Origin: an uncultured bacterium
GTDB lineage: Bacteria; Ratteibacteria; UBA8468; B48-G9; DSTR01
Length of the DNA stretch: 64,000 nucleotides
Direction of reading: 5' to 3'
NCBI GenBank assembly: GCA_964645405.1
Contig: CAZYCA010000034.1
Coordinates: 6,131 to 70,130, forward strand
Positions 27,620-38,246 of the stretch are shown in pieces. Under the pieces are notes generated by a model. That model was not told the DNA's origin and did not search any database. It saw nothing but the letters and a program-made list of their open reading frames with translations. Numbering within the stretch: the stretch's first letter is position 1; every line of letters begins with the position of its first letter. Position numbers and translations under genes: made by a program.

Positions 27620-29296
27620 ATGGAAAGCAGGAAAAAGATTTTTTTCTGCATTATCCTTGTTGCGTTTTATGCTAAGGGCTGGACAGTAGAGTATAAGGAT
27701 AAGTTTGTCTGGATTTTTGGATATAACTTTGCCAGGCAGGAAGATACCGAGAAAATTCTTTCTCTGCTGGAGACTGCTTCGTATTGTGGTTATAATGGGG
27801 TAGCCCTTTCCGCAGGTCTGGATTCCCTTTCCCGGCAGAACGAAAAATATTTTGCCGGGCTGGAGAAAATCAAGAAAGCCTGTGCCCTGTTTAATCTGGA
27901 GATAATTCCCGCAGTTTTCTCTGTGGGTTATGGCAGCGTTATTTCCCATGATAGAAACCTCGCTGAAGGATTGCCAGTGAAAGACGCTCTTTTTCTGGTG
28001 AAAGGGAATGAGGCTATCCATCAACCAGAAGGCAATATAGCTATCACAAACGGTGGCTTTGAAGATTATCAGGGAAACAGGTTAAAGGGTTTCAGATTTC
28101 ATGACCAACCTAACAGGATAAGCTTTGTGGATACCGGGATAAAACATAGCGGGAACTCCTCTTTAAGGTTTGAAAATTTCACTTTGTCACCTCACGGAAA
28201 TGGCAGAATAATGCAGGAAGTGGAAGTAATTCCTTACCGTTGTTACCGGGTAAGTATCTGGGTGAAGACGGAAAACCTGAAACCTGCGGGAAACTTTCGC
28301 CTTCTGGTTCTCGGTGACAACCGTGACCTTGCACCTGGTTCCTTTAATCTTCCACCAACGACTGACTGGAGAAAACTAACCATGATGTTTAATAGTATGG
28401 AGTTTTCTCAGGTGAAAATTTATGCCGGTATCTGGGCAGGTAAACAGGGTAAATTCTGGGTTGATGACTGGCAGATAGAAGAAGTTGGTCCTTACAATAT
28501 TCTTCGTCGGCCAGGAACACCGGTACTGGTCAAAGGTGAGGATGGTTTTGTTTACCAGGAAGGGAGAGACTATGCCCGGCTTACTGATTCCTACCTTAAT
28601 CCCTTCAGAAAGGATTTTGATTATCCTGCCCCAAAACTGAAGATTTTACCTGATAGCAGGATAAAGGATAATCAGCATTTGAGAGTAAGCTGGTATCATC
28701 CACTCTTGATTTACGATAGTCAGGTGACAGTCTGCATGGCAGAACCAGCTCTTTTTGAAATTTTTGACCGGGAAGCCAGACTGCTGTGGGAAAAATTAAG
28801 GTATAAGAAAGTAATTTTGAATATGGATGAAATAAGAATGGGTGGCACCTGCCAGGCTTGTGCTGGTAAGAACATGGCTCAACTATTAGGTGATTGTGTA
28901 AACAGGCAGGTAGAAATTTTAAGAAAATATAATCCCGGAGTACAGATTTACATCTGGTCAGACATGTTTGACCCGCACCATAACGCCAGATTAGATTATT
29001 ACCTTGTCAGGGGAGATTTCACCGGATCCTGGAATTACCTGCCACAGGATATTATTGTTGCTGTCTGGGGAGGAAAACCGAGAGAAAAGAGTTTAAAATT
29101 TTTCTCTGAAAAAGGTTTCTCCATTTTAATTGCCAACTACTATGATGCTGGGAGTCTGGAAGATGTGAAAAACTGGCTTCAGATGGCTGAAACCATACCA
29201 GGTGTGCGCGGTTTTATGTACACCACCTGGGAGAAGAAGTATGATCTGTTAGGTGAATATTTCAGGCTGATTTTTCAAAAAAAACCGGGTTTTTAA
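27620..29296 (+). CDS. Secreted protein with CBM4/9-like carbohydrate-binding module and C-terminal hydrolase-like domain
   Basis: Probable start at the internal Met (MESRKKIFFCIILVAFYAKG signal peptide). 'ITNGGFEDYQGNRLKGFRFHD...SGNSSLRFEN' looks like the NGGFE opening of CBM_4_9 modules. Confidence 0.45.
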   Translation: MESRKKIFFCIILVAFYAKGWTVEYKDKFVWIFGYNFARQEDTEKILSLLETASYCGYNGVALSAGLDSLSRQNEKYFAGLEKIKKACALFNLEIIPAVFSVGYGSVISHDRNLAEGLPVKDALFLVKGNEAIHQPEGNIAITNGGFEDYQGNRLKGFRFHDQPNRISFVDTGIKHSGNSSLRFENFTLSPHGNGRIMQEVEVIPYRCYRVSIWVKTENLKPAGNFRLLVLGDNRDLAPGSFNLPPTTDWRKLTMMFNSMEFSQVKIYAGIWAGKQGKFWVDDWQIEEVGPYNILRRPGTPVLVKGEDGFVYQEGRDYARLTDSYLNPFRKDFDYPAPKLKILPDSRIKDNQHLRVSWYHPLLIYDSQVTVCMAEPALFEIFDREARLLWEKLRYKKVILNMDEIRMGGTCQACAGKNMAQLLGDCVNRQVEILRKYNPGVQIYIWSDMFDPHHNARLDYYLVRGDFTGSWNYLPQDIIVAVWGGKPREKSLKFFSEKGFSILIANYYDAGSLEDVKNWLQMAETIPGVRGFMYTTWEKKYDLLGEYFRLIFQKKPGF

Positions 29297-30159
29297 CCTG
29301 CTGCCGGGTAAGATTTTTCTTCCTTTAACATCAGACCACTGGATAAAATAACCAGCCCGGCGCCAATAGCTGCTTTCAGGCTGATGGTTTCGTGAAAAAA
29401 CAGAATTCCTGTAAAAATGTTGAAGACAGGCAAAAGCATGCCAATCAGAGAGCCAGTACTGACAGAAAGATACCCGTAAGCCTGAGTCATCATTAACTGG
29501 GCACCAGCTGCGGTAATCCCGATAGTCAGAAGAATTAATCCTCCACCCAGGCTTAAGTTCATCGGAACCAGGTTTGCCGGTAGCACTATCAGCCAGAAAC
29601 CAACCAGACACTGGGCAAAATAGACCGCATAGGCAGAGTTGGTCTCCCGCGCCTTTCTGATAAAGACCACTGCTATGCCGGAAGCCAGTGCTCCAGCCAG
29701 AGCCAGCCAGTGGTAAAAACCTATCCTGGTAAAGAGAGTCTCGCCACGATGAGCAATCAGGTAAATACCAGAAAAGGCAGTCAGGATAAGTAGCCACTGT
29801 TTCCCGCTCACTTTCTCTTTCAAGTAGAACCTGCTGAAAATTGTTCCAAAGACAGGAAAAGTATAACTGATGACAGTTCCTTCGCCCAGACCGATTTTAA
29901 CTATGGATAAAAAGAAGAGATATACACCGATAGCGCCGAAAAGACCTCGCAGAAAAAGTATCCCTGGTTGAGAAAACTGTAGTTTTATTCTTCCGGTAAG
30001 CGCCAGAAGCCCCAGTACAGCCAGGCCAATGGAAAAACGAAAAAAAGAAGACTGATAAGCATTGAGATAACTGGCATATCTTAAAAGAGCTGACATCACA
30101 GCAAAGACAAGAGTTGAACCAACCATCAACCAGCCTGCACGGAAAGTGGTAGATTTCAT
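29293..30159 (-). CDS. DMT superfamily transporter (EamA-like, 10 TM)
   Basis: Two EamA-like halves of hydrophobic helices ('LLRYASYLNAYQSSFFRFSIGLAVLGLLAL', 'FAQCLVGFWLIVLPANLV...'). Confidence 0.75.
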   Translation of the reverse strand: MKSTTFRAGWLMVGSTLVFAVMSALLRYASYLNAYQSSFFRFSIGLAVLGLLALTGRIKLQFSQPGILFLRGLFGAIGVYLFFLSIVKIGLGEGTVISYTFPVFGTIFSRFYLKEKVSGKQWLLILTAFSGIYLIAHRGETLFTRIGFYHWLALAGALASGIAVVFIRKARETNSAYAVYFAQCLVGFWLIVLPANLVPMNLSLGGGLILLTIGITAAGAQLMMTQAYGYLSVSTGSLIGMLLPVFNIFTGILFFHETISLKAAIGAGLVILSSGLMLKEEKSYPAAG

Positions 30160-30161
30160 TT

Positions 30162-31223
30162 CTAATCAGGGATGACGCTTTCCCCTGTCCGGGAAGAACG
30201 ATAGATAGCAGAGAAAAGAGATACCGAAGCACGTCCCTGTTTACCATCGCACTGGACTGGCTGACGGTCTTTGATTGCTGCCATCATGTCCTCAATGATG
30301 TTTTGGGGCAGGTTCTCAGGAATGGGGAAGTCTGAAAGATTAAGCTTTTCTGATTCCGGGGTGGCTGCCAGTTCTGGCCGCACATATCCTGGTTTTTCTT
30401 CCAGAGAAACAGATTTTTTCATTCTTTCAAAAAGTGTAACTTTACCGTTATACCAGGATAGACTTCCGGTTGTACCTGTAAGGTGAATACTTGTTCCCTG
30501 GTCAGGAAAACTGCAGGTAGTGGAGAAAATGGTAGCCAGAACACCTGATTGAAACTGGACCAGCGCACAAGCAGTATCTTCTGTTTCTATCCTGTGGGCA
30601 AAAGTTCCTTTTTTCCCGAAAACAGTTTTCACCGGTCCAAACCAGAAGAGAAGTAAATCAAGAAAATGTACTGCCTGGTTAGCCAGAGAACCACCCTCTG
30701 TTTCCAGACGACTGCGCCAGCCCGGTGGGTATCCCCCATCGTAATAAGACTGGGAACGAAACCATTTCATGGACATTTCCGCAGCGATAGGGTTACCGAG
30801 AGCATTTTTCTCTAAGGCTGATTTGATACGGTGGTTATCCGGGTTATACCGTAAATCAAAGTCCACCGCCAGAACCAGTTTTTTTTTCTCTGCCAGTTCT
30901 ATTGCCTGGTTACAGACTTCTACCCGGATATCCATGGGTTTGGTAGTAAAAGCATGTTTGCCAGATTCAAGTGCTTTAAGGAGAAACCTGCCATGCGTGC
31001 CACTGGGTGTGAAAATACCTATGACATCTATGTCTGTTCTCTTAAGCAGCAACTCATAATCAGCCACCCACTGACACCCCAGTTCTTTCTCCGCTAATCT
31101 ACCCCTTTCTTCCCAGAAGTCACAAACAGCCACCAGTTTAGCCCCGGGTGTTCGGGTAACAATGTTAGCCCGGTTACGCCCCATACCCAGACCGACTATC
31201 CCAAACCTGATTTCTCCGCCCAT
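30162..31223 (-). CDS. Gfo/Idh/MocA family oxidoreductase
   Basis: 'IRFGIVGLGMGRNRANIV...VIGIFTPSGTHGRFLLKALESGKHAFTTKPM' is the canonical family pattern. Confidence 0.8.
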   Translation of the reverse strand: MGGEIRFGIVGLGMGRNRANIVTRTPGAKLVAVCDFWEERGRLAEKELGCQWVADYELLLKRTDIDVIGIFTPSGTHGRFLLKALESGKHAFTTKPMDIRVEVCNQAIELAEKKKLVLAVDFDLRYNPDNHRIKSALEKNALGNPIAAEMSMKWFRSQSYYDGGYPPGWRSRLETEGGSLANQAVHFLDLLLFWFGPVKTVFGKKGTFAHRIETEDTACALVQFQSGVLATIFSTTCSFPDQGTSIHLTGTTGSLSWYNGKVTLFERMKKSVSLEEKPGYVRPELAATPESEKLNLSDFPIPENLPQNIIEDMMAAIKDRQPVQCDGKQGRASVSLFSAIYRSSRTGESVIPD

Positions 31224-31241
31224 TTTTTCTTCCTCTCAATT

Positions 31242-33764
31242 TTACTGAAATTCTACCAGGCCAAATCTGGCAGGCACATGAAAATTGGTTCCTGTAGGAG
31301 ACCAGGTTGTCCAGATAGCCTGACTGTCCTGGCCTGGTCTTGGTCTATCCCGGCAGATATTTAATCCCCATATTTCTCCTTTCGCTACCACTCTGCCACC
31401 GGTCAACTTCTCCCAGGGGATTAGAAAAAGGATACTCCAGAAATCTTTCTCTTTAGTTAACCTGCATCTGGTATCTGTCTGGTAGTGGAAATCTGCTGGT
31501 AAACCTATCTGGAATAAGCCGTCATTGGTAGCACCATTGGTATTAGCCAGAATCTGAATGTATTTTTTTCTGGTGCGACCAACATCAAGGAAAATCTCCA
31601 CGGCATCATCCTGACAGATGTCCATTTTATCTTTATCTTCTGGTTTCACCCTGGCTACCAGACTTTCCATTTGTGGCTCGTAACATTTGACCAGGATGTA
31701 AAGAAAGCTCTCGTCATAACCAAGCCAGGCTTCTGTTCTGGTACTGGTTGGCTCCCCATTAATAGAGAAAAATTTTTCTATGTGGTTAGTCTTGCCTTGC
31801 AGCAGTTGTTCTTCCCCGGTAATTCTGGGGATAAAAATTTTTCTTCTTTCTGCCTGCAAGGTAGCGTGCCTCAGACTGTTTTTCTCCATCACGGAAAAAA
31901 TTACCTCCCGGACCCATCTGACCCTGGTGACATAAGGTTCATTTGTGGCTAAATTCCTGGCTTTTTCCAGAAGATTCTCAAAAATTTTCAACTGAGACGC
32001 TGTACAGATAACATCCCAGTTGGCATCAGTCTGATTCTCCTTCAGTTTCCAGTTTTCCGGATTGGCGAAACGTTTTTCCAGAAGAGTGAAAAATTCCTTC
32101 AGGGGAGAAGCCGCCGGACCATAGAAAAGCCGGCAATATTCGTCAAGGACCTCTTCCACGGAAATAGTTTCATCATTTAACAGCTGCAGTTGCACATAAA
32201 GGTTAAGATGGTCCAGAGCAAAATTCGGATGTAGACCACCCGGGGAAGAACTCAATTCGTTAAAGATGCCCCGGCAACCATTTTCTTTCAAAAAGTTTAT
32301 ATCTTCAGCAATTTCCTGCAAAAACAGTCCGGGAAAATTTGGTGGTTCTATATTATTACCCTGAAGATGGTCAAAGTATTCCCAGACGTACCAGCGTTTT
32401 ACAGTTTTAGCCCAATCCTTGATTTGTTTCCGATAGAATTCCTTATAAGCAGGGTCTTTGATACCATCAATAAGTACCCGGCAGACCATCACCGCGACAT
32501 TGTCAGAAAGTTTAACCTTATCTGGAACCAGAGAGTATCTGGCATAGGCACAGCAACTCGTCCAGCGTCCAGGGTGATTTTTTTTCACATACCTGGCTAC
32601 ATCATTGACAAAACCCCAGACATAATTTGCGGCTAAATCGTTCCAGAAGCCGTAGCCGGCGGCATCCTGTGGTTTTTTCAATTTCTCCTGACACCGGCTG
32701 CACTGACAGTACTGAGAGGTATCATGGGGCATAACACAGAAGTAATCCCCGCAGGAACGTTCATAGTTGGTCCGGCCGGAAAAATAGTCATCAGCGTCAC
32801 CACAGACTATTTTCAGCAGTTCTGGTTCGCTCAAACAAAGCTGAGTTGGCCTTTCATAACCTTTTGCCAGTAAGTTTTTCTTTTCCGGAAACCTCTGCTG
32901 GAACCAGTCCGCAACAAGGGAATGGTTGGCGTTGAAGGCTTCTGCTCCCACCAGTTTCTGTCTGAGATACCAGAGATTCACTTCTCTTTCCGGTAACCTT
33001 TGTAATTTCTTGCCAGAACCAAGAAACTCAAAAGGGGTGGAAATTCCTGGAGGATAAATTGCCCGATACTTGCTCCATGGTTTTCTTCTGAGGTAAACAT
33101 TACTTACTGAAACTTCGTTCTTTTCCGGGTATACTTGCCCGAATTCACCAGGAAGATACCAGCGTACCCCGCAAAACCTTTGCAGGAATTCATCCACAGC
33201 GTAGACAGAGCCGACAGCCTTATTTATTTCTGGCTTTCTGGACCAATCATAGTAAATGGTAAAACCTGGCCATAACCCTGTCCCTTCATAGTCTATCAAT
33301 CCGTACTCAGGTTCGTCGTAACCCATCAAAACAAGAGCAAAACCATAAGTGGCAATCAGGTATTCCTGCGGTTGGAAGTCTTCATTTTTTAACCCGAGAG
33401 AACGCGTGAGGGAACTTTCACCTATAAGAACCAGCGGTTTCTGGAAGGGAGTAACCTCTTCGCTTACCACCGGTAGTCTCGTACCGGTCATTTTCTCCAG
33501 GTAGTAATTGAGCTCCGCAGCAGCAATCTGGGCACTACGAGTAGGATTTGCTGCCAGAACAATTGTGGCAGTTTGTTTCTGTCCTTTTCTGGCTAAAACA
33601 ACCGTTCCCTTTCCTGGCACCACCTGACTTCTAACAACCTTTTTCTGGTAACCGGCAGAGCCTGGCACATCCGCTTCCTTTCCCTTCCAGAGGAATTCCA
33701 CAGTTTCTGCTGAGCAAAAGCCCGAAGAAAGGATAACCAAACAAAGAAAATTTTTCCAGTCCAT
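31242..33764 (-). CDS. DUF4838-like glycoside-hydrolase-family protein with C-terminal CBM9-like domain
   Basis: Signal peptide. GH20b/GH67N-like N-domain ('AAELNYYLEKMTGTRLPVV'). 'YCQCSRCQEK' Cys cluster and TIM-barrel region shared with the 38243 paralog. C-terminal 'FFSINGEPTSTRTEAW...DDAVEIFLDV'. Confidence 0.5.
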   Translation of the reverse strand: MDWKNFLCLVILSSGFCSAETVEFLWKGKEADVPGSAGYQKKVVRSQVVPGKGTVVLARKGQKQTATIVLAANPTRSAQIAAAELNYYLEKMTGTRLPVVSEEVTPFQKPLVLIGESSLTRSLGLKNEDFQPQEYLIATYGFALVLMGYDEPEYGLIDYEGTGLWPGFTIYYDWSRKPEINKAVGSVYAVDEFLQRFCGVRWYLPGEFGQVYPEKNEVSVSNVYLRRKPWSKYRAIYPPGISTPFEFLGSGKKLQRLPEREVNLWYLRQKLVGAEAFNANHSLVADWFQQRFPEKKNLLAKGYERPTQLCLSEPELLKIVCGDADDYFSGRTNYERSCGDYFCVMPHDTSQYCQCSRCQEKLKKPQDAAGYGFWNDLAANYVWGFVNDVARYVKKNHPGRWTSCCAYARYSLVPDKVKLSDNVAVMVCRVLIDGIKDPAYKEFYRKQIKDWAKTVKRWYVWEYFDHLQGNNIEPPNFPGLFLQEIAEDINFLKENGCRGIFNELSSSPGGLHPNFALDHLNLYVQLQLLNDETISVEEVLDEYCRLFYGPAASPLKEFFTLLEKRFANPENWKLKENQTDANWDVICTASQLKIFENLLEKARNLATNEPYVTRVRWVREVIFSVMEKNSLRHATLQAERRKIFIPRITGEEQLLQGKTNHIEKFFSINGEPTSTRTEAWLGYDESFLYILVKCYEPQMESLVARVKPEDKDKMDICQDDAVEIFLDVGRTRKKYIQILANTNGATNDGLFQIGLPADFHYQTDTRCRLTKEKDFWSILFLIPWEKLTGGRVVAKGEIWGLNICRDRPRPGQDSQAIWTTWSPTGTNFHVPARFGLVEFQ

Positions 33765-34059
33765 AGCTATTCCCCTGTTTGTTACGGTGTTGCGGAAATT
33801 AGCCCCTAATAACTTATATTACCAGCAAGGTGCAGAAGAAACAAATGTTCTTGCCCGGTACGCTCACCCTTTGTCTTTTGTAAAATTTCTTTCCCTATTT
33901 TTTTACTTATAAAGGCTCGGGAATGTTGGAAAATTCTCCTCTCCCTCTGTGAAAGGAAAAACTAAAAGTGGAATCAGTGAGATTTAGAAATCCGGAGATA
34001 AACTGTTATAGGCACTCTTCACAAAATGAAGACGTTTACCGGATAAATCTCTTAAACCT

Positions 34060-36615
34060 TCAGAAAACAAAACCAAGAATCATTTTTACAACCAGGATCA
34101 CATCAAAAATATCTACTTTTCCATCCTTGTCGATATCAGCCCGCATCAAATCTGGTTCCTGCAGTTCGCAGGCCATCCGCAGACAGAGAATCACATCCTG
34201 GATATTGATATAGGTGTCATTATTGATATCACCTTGTTGATAGCTTCTGGTCGTAAAGAAAGTTTCTTCCGACCAGTCAGACCAGGCACCATTACCGTCC
34301 TGATACCGCACATGCCAGTAATATGTTGTATTATACTGCAGGTATCCCTGTGGAATCATGATGTAAGTCAGATGCTCAGAATCTGGACCACTATCAAAAA
34401 CAGGTTGCTGGTAATTGCCGGCTGAGGTGGTAATTTGCCACTGGCTTCTGCTATGGACATTAGAGGAACCTGCCTGAAAAACACTGGAGACAAGTCCAGG
34501 TGTTAGGCTTACCCCCTGCTCATCCTTTTCCGGAGAGATGTTTTCTGGTTTTCCCGGGGGTAAAATTCCGTTGGAGCCGGTGGTGAAAAATGTTGGATCT
34601 GACCATTCTGACCAGAGAAAATCTCCATTCTGGTACCTCACCCGCCAGCAGTAAGTGGTGTTTGCCTGCAGATAAACCAGGGCTGGCAACTGAGTTAAGT
34701 ACTGGGAGGTAACTTCATCCAGAGTGGCTGTTTCCCAGCTTTCGTCAATTTTTCTAATCTGCCAGTGACTGGCCAGGTGTTGTTCGTTGCCACCATGGCT
34801 ATCAAAATTTGTTGCCCAGAGATTGTAACCGGTGGCGGAAATTCCGGTAGCGCCATTGGTAGGGTAAAGATTAGTTGGTTTTTCCGGAGGTATCTGCGGG
34901 GCATAGATAGTGGTTTGCCTGCCGATAATCGGGTCCCCAAAGCAGACAGCTTGCTGATTACTTTCTTTACCATAAGCTACAATATCTGAGTTACTTAGCA
35001 AATCCACTGCTATGGTTTCACCGGAAGAGGCTTTTCCATTGAAATCAAACCTCAGAGAAAGATATTTAGCCGGATTTCCTGTCTCCCAGATTTCCAGATT
35101 AAGATTGCTGAAGATGATTTTGTTACCATTTATGGTGCCAGAACCTACCAGATTAAAGTTATACCAGTCATAAGTCTGGTAAAGTTTTACTGAGGAAACC
35201 GCATTAGAAAGATTCAAAGTGCCCCTCGCGGTAAAGGTCATAGACTGCACCATAATATTTTCGCTTTCCGGTTCCTTCCACAGGTTGAATCTAAGCATAT
35301 CCACATTCTGGGCAGAAGGAGAAATCTCTCCCGGTAACACCTGAATTTCATCCCCACCCCATTTATAGAGGGTAGGCAGTTCCATTTCTGCTTCCAGAAA
35401 AGTTACACCATCGGCAAAAACATTAAAAAGACAAACCGGAAAATCAAATCCTTCTTTTTCTGCCCGCAGATAATAAAGGCCAGGATTAAGGTTCACAATT
35501 AAAAAGCTACCGTCTTCTGTTGTGGCTTGAAGGCCGGGGTCAGGAGGCCCATCTTCCTGAAAGTAGTAAACTGGCACGTTTATCTGGTTGCCTTCCCTGT
35601 CATAGATTTTTGCTACCACCCCGGCAACACCCATGTCCGCACCAAAATCACCTTTCCCCCAGATATGGCTCTGACCAATAGCACTCATTATCTGATTGTA
35701 AGCATCCACAGGAAGAACCATCAGTTCTGCATCTGTGACGTTTTCTTCTTCTTCAATAAACCCTAACATATACAAATCCTTGTAGTTTGTCTTTGCTGTT
35801 TTAACAAAGTAGAAAGACCAGGGGCTGACATTATTTAAGGTGAACTGTCCATTACTGTTAGAAGTGGTGGTAAGAGTTGTTCCCGGTAAAGAAATAGTCA
35901 CATTGCCAACAGGTTTTTCGTCCCAGATTGTTTGTCCGGAAACACTGATAGGATTAACAGTCTCCACACCAGCCACAGTGATAGAATTACTGTAGCCAAC
36001 CACCAGCGGGCAGTTGAAAAAATAATCCTGTTTGGTAGCAGTAATCTTGATGGCTCTTTCTTTATCTACATTGTAAATGCAGAAAAGTCCATTATCTCTG
36101 GTGGAACCTGTTACCGGATTTCCCAGGTTATCAAAATATCTGATAGAGGTAATTTCAGAATTGTTATCTACATACCTGGCACTGATAATTACCCCACTGA
36201 TTGCATTATTTTGGTTATCATACACTCTACCGACAATGTCTCCTTTGTCATTGATGTGCGCAGGTGCTCCAGTTCTGTGAATAAAACCGGTATGAAAACT
36301 TGAGGAAAAAATCATAGCATTGAAATTGGTTTGCTCAGCGCTGCCGATACCAAAAGGCTGGGTGTAGGTATCTACATAACCGGTTTTTCTTGTCCGCAAA
36401 CTGATGCCAGAAGAATTACCGGGAACACCTGTTAAAGTGAAGTATCCCTGGGAATCAGAGGTAGTCTGCAGGCTTGTACCGGTAACTTTCACCGTGACAT
36501 CAGTTACCGGAACCTGTTGAAAAGAACTGTTAATTTCTATCACTCTTCCAGTAAGTGTGGTCGCACAGGCACACCCCAGTCCAGCAACTAAAACGAGAGT
36601 AATAACCTTCTTCAT
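34060..36615 (-). CDS. Cell-surface lipoprotein with CarbopepD-regulatory-like domains, two FN3-like repeats and a C-terminal dockerin
   Basis: Lipoprotein-type signal 'LVAGLGCACA'. Repeated 'VTVKVTG...SDSQGYFTL' domains. Two homologous roughly 100-aa repeats ending 'TTYCWRVRYQNGDFLWSEWSDPTFFTT' and 'TTYYWHVRYQDGNGAWSDWSEETFFTT'. The C-terminus carries paired Ca-binding dockerin loops, 'DINNDTYINIQDVILCL' and 'DIDKDGKVDIFDVILVV'. Confidence 0.55.
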   Translation of the reverse strand: MKKVITLVLVAGLGCACATTLTGRVIEINSSFQQVPVTDVTVKVTGTSLQTTSDSQGYFTLTGVPGNSSGISLRTRKTGYVDTYTQPFGIGSAEQTNFNAMIFSSSFHTGFIHRTGAPAHINDKGDIVGRVYDNQNNAISGVIISARYVDNNSEITSIRYFDNLGNPVTGSTRDNGLFCIYNVDKERAIKITATKQDYFFNCPLVVGYSNSITVAGVETVNPISVSGQTIWDEKPVGNVTISLPGTTLTTTSNSNGQFTLNNVSPWSFYFVKTAKTNYKDLYMLGFIEEEENVTDAELMVLPVDAYNQIMSAIGQSHIWGKGDFGADMGVAGVVAKIYDREGNQINVPVYYFQEDGPPDPGLQATTEDGSFLIVNLNPGLYYLRAEKEGFDFPVCLFNVFADGVTFLEAEMELPTLYKWGGDEIQVLPGEISPSAQNVDMLRFNLWKEPESENIMVQSMTFTARGTLNLSNAVSSVKLYQTYDWYNFNLVGSGTINGNKIIFSNLNLEIWETGNPAKYLSLRFDFNGKASSGETIAVDLLSNSDIVAYGKESNQQAVCFGDPIIGRQTTIYAPQIPPEKPTNLYPTNGATGISATGYNLWATNFDSHGGNEQHLASHWQIRKIDESWETATLDEVTSQYLTQLPALVYLQANTTYCWRVRYQNGDFLWSEWSDPTFFTTGSNGILPPGKPENISPEKDEQGVSLTPGLVSSVFQAGSSNVHSRSQWQITTSAGNYQQPVFDSGPDSEHLTYIMIPQGYLQYNTTYYWHVRYQDGNGAWSDWSEETFFTTRSYQQGDINNDTYINIQDVILCLRMACELQEPDLMRADIDKDGKVDIFDVILVVKMILGFVF

Positions 36616-36734
36616 TTTTTCTCCCTGTTTAGTTCTGATATTACCTGGAGAAAAGCCTGATTGTCAAGAGGAACTAACAAGATTTTTTGCTTATCTTTTT
36701 CGTGATATAATTAAAGAGTCAACAGGGAGGGGTT

Positions 36735-37493
36735 ATGAAGGGAAAAGCAGGCTTTACTTTGATTGAGCTTCTGGTGGTGGTAGCAATTATTGCGATTTTA
36801 GCTGCTCTGCTTTTACCGACTCTGAGTCTGGCCAGGGAAAAAGCCAGAATGGCTCTCTGTACAAGTAACTTGAAACAGTTAGGTCTGGCTTTTGCCATGT
36901 ACTGGGCTGATTATGATGAGAACTTTCCCTGGATCTGGCACCCTGAACATTATAATAACGGACCTTTCTGGTTTGGAGCTATTGCAGTATATACCGGTGT
37001 GGTGAAACAACCCGTAACCAGTTCTGGCTGGGTGCCACCTTACAGCAGTCCGTTTTACTGTCCGACGTTTCTTCCTCTGGTGAAGCAATATTATCCCGGT
37101 ACCGGTTATGCTCCCAATGTCAACGCCAGGTGGTTTATTGGTTATGGATATTCTCACTATGCCTGGGGAGCTGGTGGACATCCTCCAAATATTAAACCCT
37201 GGAAACTATCTAAAGTAAGGAATCCATCAGAGACAATGCTTCTCTCAGAGGTAGCCAGTTGCGGCATCAGCACTGTTTGCTGTGGCTATAATGATGCCAG
37301 AAACTTCAGAAGACACGGACGGAATGCCACTTTAAGCAATGTTTACTATGGGGGAGCAGGTTTACAATTAGGCTGCAACATCTTATTTGTTGATGGTTCA
37401 GTGAAATATTTTCCTGATGGGGATGCCCTGTGGAATCAGTGGCGGTATGGTCCCCAGAATAAATATCCTTTTAATCTTGGTTATTACCGGTAG
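36735..37493 (+). CDS. DUF1559 protein (type II secretion pseudopilin-like; prepilin N-terminal methylation domain plus H-X9-DG C-terminal motif)
   Basis: '[59 protein letters not shown]' and C-terminal '[21 protein letters not shown]'. Confidence 0.85.
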   Translation: MKGKAGFTLIELLVVVAIIAILAALLLPTLSLAREKARMALCTSNLKQLGLAFAMYWADYDENFPWIWHPEHYNNGPFWFGAIAVYTGVVKQPVTSSGWVPPYSSPFYCPTFLPLVKQYYPGTGYAPNVNARWFIGYGYSHYAWGAGGHPPNIKPWKLSKVRNPSETMLLSEVASCGISTVCCGYNDARNFRRHGRNATLSNVYYGGAGLQLGCNILFVDGSVKYFPDGDALWNQWRYGPQNKYPFNLGYYR

Positions 37494-37496
37494 TAA

Positions 37497-38246
37497 ATGA
37501 AGAAAGTTTTTCTGGCAGTTACAGTTGCTGGAAGTTTGCTTCTGGTAGGCTGCGGGAAACATTCTCAACCTGAGACTGAGTTAAAAAACGAAATAGACTT
37601 AACAGGGGAGTATCTGGGAGATAAGTGGCAGGTTGCTTACCTGCATCTTTACTATGACCTGCCAGAATTTTATTTTGTTCCCCTGCAAGATATGACAGAG
37701 TTTGATTCCACACAGATAAGAATCTGGGATAAAGAAGATTTAATTGCTGGAAGGTGTGAGAGAGAATTAAGGAAGAAACTGGTGACAAAAAATCTGGGTA
37801 ATTACTGGCACGGACCTTACATGATATGCCCGATTCCCGGAAGAATTTGTCTGGTAGGTAACCATGTTATTACCGATGCCACCAGGGATATCTGGGGAAG
37901 AAACTACCGCATGTTTTACTATACCTTCAAAAACACGCATCAGCCAGAAGAAACAGAGAAAAAATTGATACCAGCCGGAGAGAAAGGAGTAATGGTCTTA
38001 ATCTCCGGCGGTCCTGATGGGGTTTTGCAGTCTTGTGCTGCGGATAAGTCAAGTCCTGAGAGTACTAAGAAAACAGCACCACTGGTGGAGACAGCAAAAA
38101 GCACAGACTTTAGGAATTTTGAACCGTTTCATCATAATATCTCAGAACCTGACCCTTTTGCTGTCCTTTCCGAGAAAAAACTGCAGGGAATGAAGGAACA
38201 GGCAGAGAAAAATTACGAAAATTTCCTGCAAAAGGAGAGAAAATGA
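37497..38246 (+). CDS. Hypothetical lipoprotein
   Basis: 'MKKVFLAVTVAGSLLLVGCGK' lipobox. It is tightly packed between the DUF1559 gene (3-nt gap) and the DUF4838-like gene (4-nt overlap). Confidence 0.45.
   Translation: MKKVFLAVTVAGSLLLVGCGKHSQPETELKNEIDLTGEYLGDKWQVAYLHLYYDLPEFYFVPLQDMTEFDSTQIRIWDKEDLIAGRCERELRKKLVTKNLGNYWHGPYMICPIPGRICLVGNHVITDATRDIWGRNYRMFYYTFKNTHQPEETEKKLIPAGEKGVMVLISGGPDGVLQSCAADKSSPESTKKTAPLVETAKSTDFRNFEPFHHNISEPDPFAVLSEKKLQGMKEQAEKNYENFLQKERK

Noticed and set aside
29270-29290. Homopolymeric A9 tract at the 3' end of the 27620..29296 gene, and a T9 tract at about 30884 inside the oxidoreductase gene
   Set aside because: Each is a single tract of 9. They lie within coding sequence and have no associated repeat family. 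Such tracts are plausible by chance in a moderately AT-biased genome, so phase variation cannot be supported from sequence alone.
29249-30247. Minus-strand ORFs 29249..29797 and 29897..30247 in alternative frames
   Set aside because: They overlap the EamA transporter gene (29293..30159), whose hydrophobic helices give a consistent membrane-protein signature. The alternative frames are Cys/Trp/Arg-rich noise.
33765-34059. 300-bp intergenic region searched for small RNA, tRNA or repeat structure
   Set aside because: Only promoter-like AT-rich sequence was seen. There are no cloverleaf-compatible inverted repeats and no direct repeats, so nothing supportable.
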